DNA of 63,108 nt, counting the filler, from Octopus bimaculoides (lineage: Eukaryota), in the NCBI RefSeq assembly GCF_001194135.2. It is 4 parts of 3 records of this genome, joined end to end, with 100 filler letters (N's around TTAATTAATTAA, not from the genome) between each part and the next. Parts side by side here need not be neighbours in the genome. Positions count along the whole stretch, not along the records: positions 55,966 to 63,108 come from NC_068988.1; 3 more parts are not named here. One strand, written 5' to 3'. This document shows, one piece after another, positions 62,460 to 63,108 of this stretch (the stretch's first letter is position 1; each line of letters begins with the position of its first letter). A model generated the notes under the pieces. The model searched no databases and was not told where the DNA came from. It saw only the letters and a program-made list of their open reading frames with translations. A program made the position numbers and the translations under genes.

Positions 62460-63108
62460 CCACACCATCTTCCTCCCCATCATCTTCTTTCATCACCTTT
62501 TCTTTCTTTTACACTTCTTACTTTTCTTCTTCCTCTTCTTCCTTTTGTTCATCCACCCAATTTTCTTCTTCTTCATTATCCCCTTCCTCCTCTTCTTTCT
62601 TATTTTTCTCCTTCTTTTGTCCTCCCGTATTTTCGTCTTTTTCTTATTTTCTATCCCGTTCCTCTTCTTTTTTTTTCTTCCTTTTCTCTGTCTCTCTTTA
62701 TTATCTTTTCTCCTCCGCTTCCTTCTTCCACTTCTTTTCGTCCATCAGCTCATTCATTTTTTCTTCTTCCCCGTCTTCATTCTTCTTCTTCTTCTTCTTC
62801 TTCTTCTTCTTCTTCTTCTTCTTCTTCGTCTTCTTTTTTGTCTTCTTCTTTTTCTTCTTCGTCTTCTTCTTTTTCGTCTTCTTCTTCTTCTTCTTCTTCT
62901 TCTTCTTCTTCTTCTTCTTCTTCTTCGTCTTCCTCCCCTTCTTCTTCTTCTTTTTCGTCTTCTTTTTCTTCTTCGTCTTCCTCCCCTTCTTCTTCTTCTT
63001 CTTCTTCTTCTTCTTCTTCTTCTTCTTCTTCTTCTTCTTCTTCTTCTTCTTTGTCTTCTTTTTTTTCTTCGTCTTCTTCTTCTTCTTCTTCTTCTTCTTC
63101 TTCTTCTT
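62460..63108 (+). repeat. Polypyrimidine tract grading into (TTC)n
   Basis: Direct reading. Confidence 0.95.

Overview
AT-rich, repeat-saturated eukaryotic DNA with many N-gaps. The SINE families and microsatellite density suggest a coleoid cephalopod, probably Octopus (inference from recalled repeat families, not a database search). It looks intronic or intergenic: I cannot confidently identify any host protein-coding exon, and almost all long ORFs in the track are artefacts of N-runs or microsatellites. Supportable content: (i) a degenerate tRNA-Asp(GTC) directly abutting a SINE; (ii) several tRNA-derived SINE families; (iii) decayed non-LTR retrotransposons: RTE, R4/Dong-type copies ending in (TAA)n, and a Penelope-like GIY-YIG element; (iv) DNA transposons: a complete-length Tc1 with DD36E spacing, a hATm-like element with about 300-bp inverted ends, a perfect hAT MITE, and Tigger-like and maT-like remnants; (v) a 30-bp minisatellite reading as a Tyr/Gly/His decapeptide repeat; (vi) several fold-back palindromes and degenerate hammerhead-ribozyme-like motifs. 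I found no clear new multi-gene system. The best leads are the DD36E Tc1, the decapeptide repeat, the hammerhead-like motifs, the TAA-targeted Dong stacking and a frame-compatible pair of candidate minus-strand exons.
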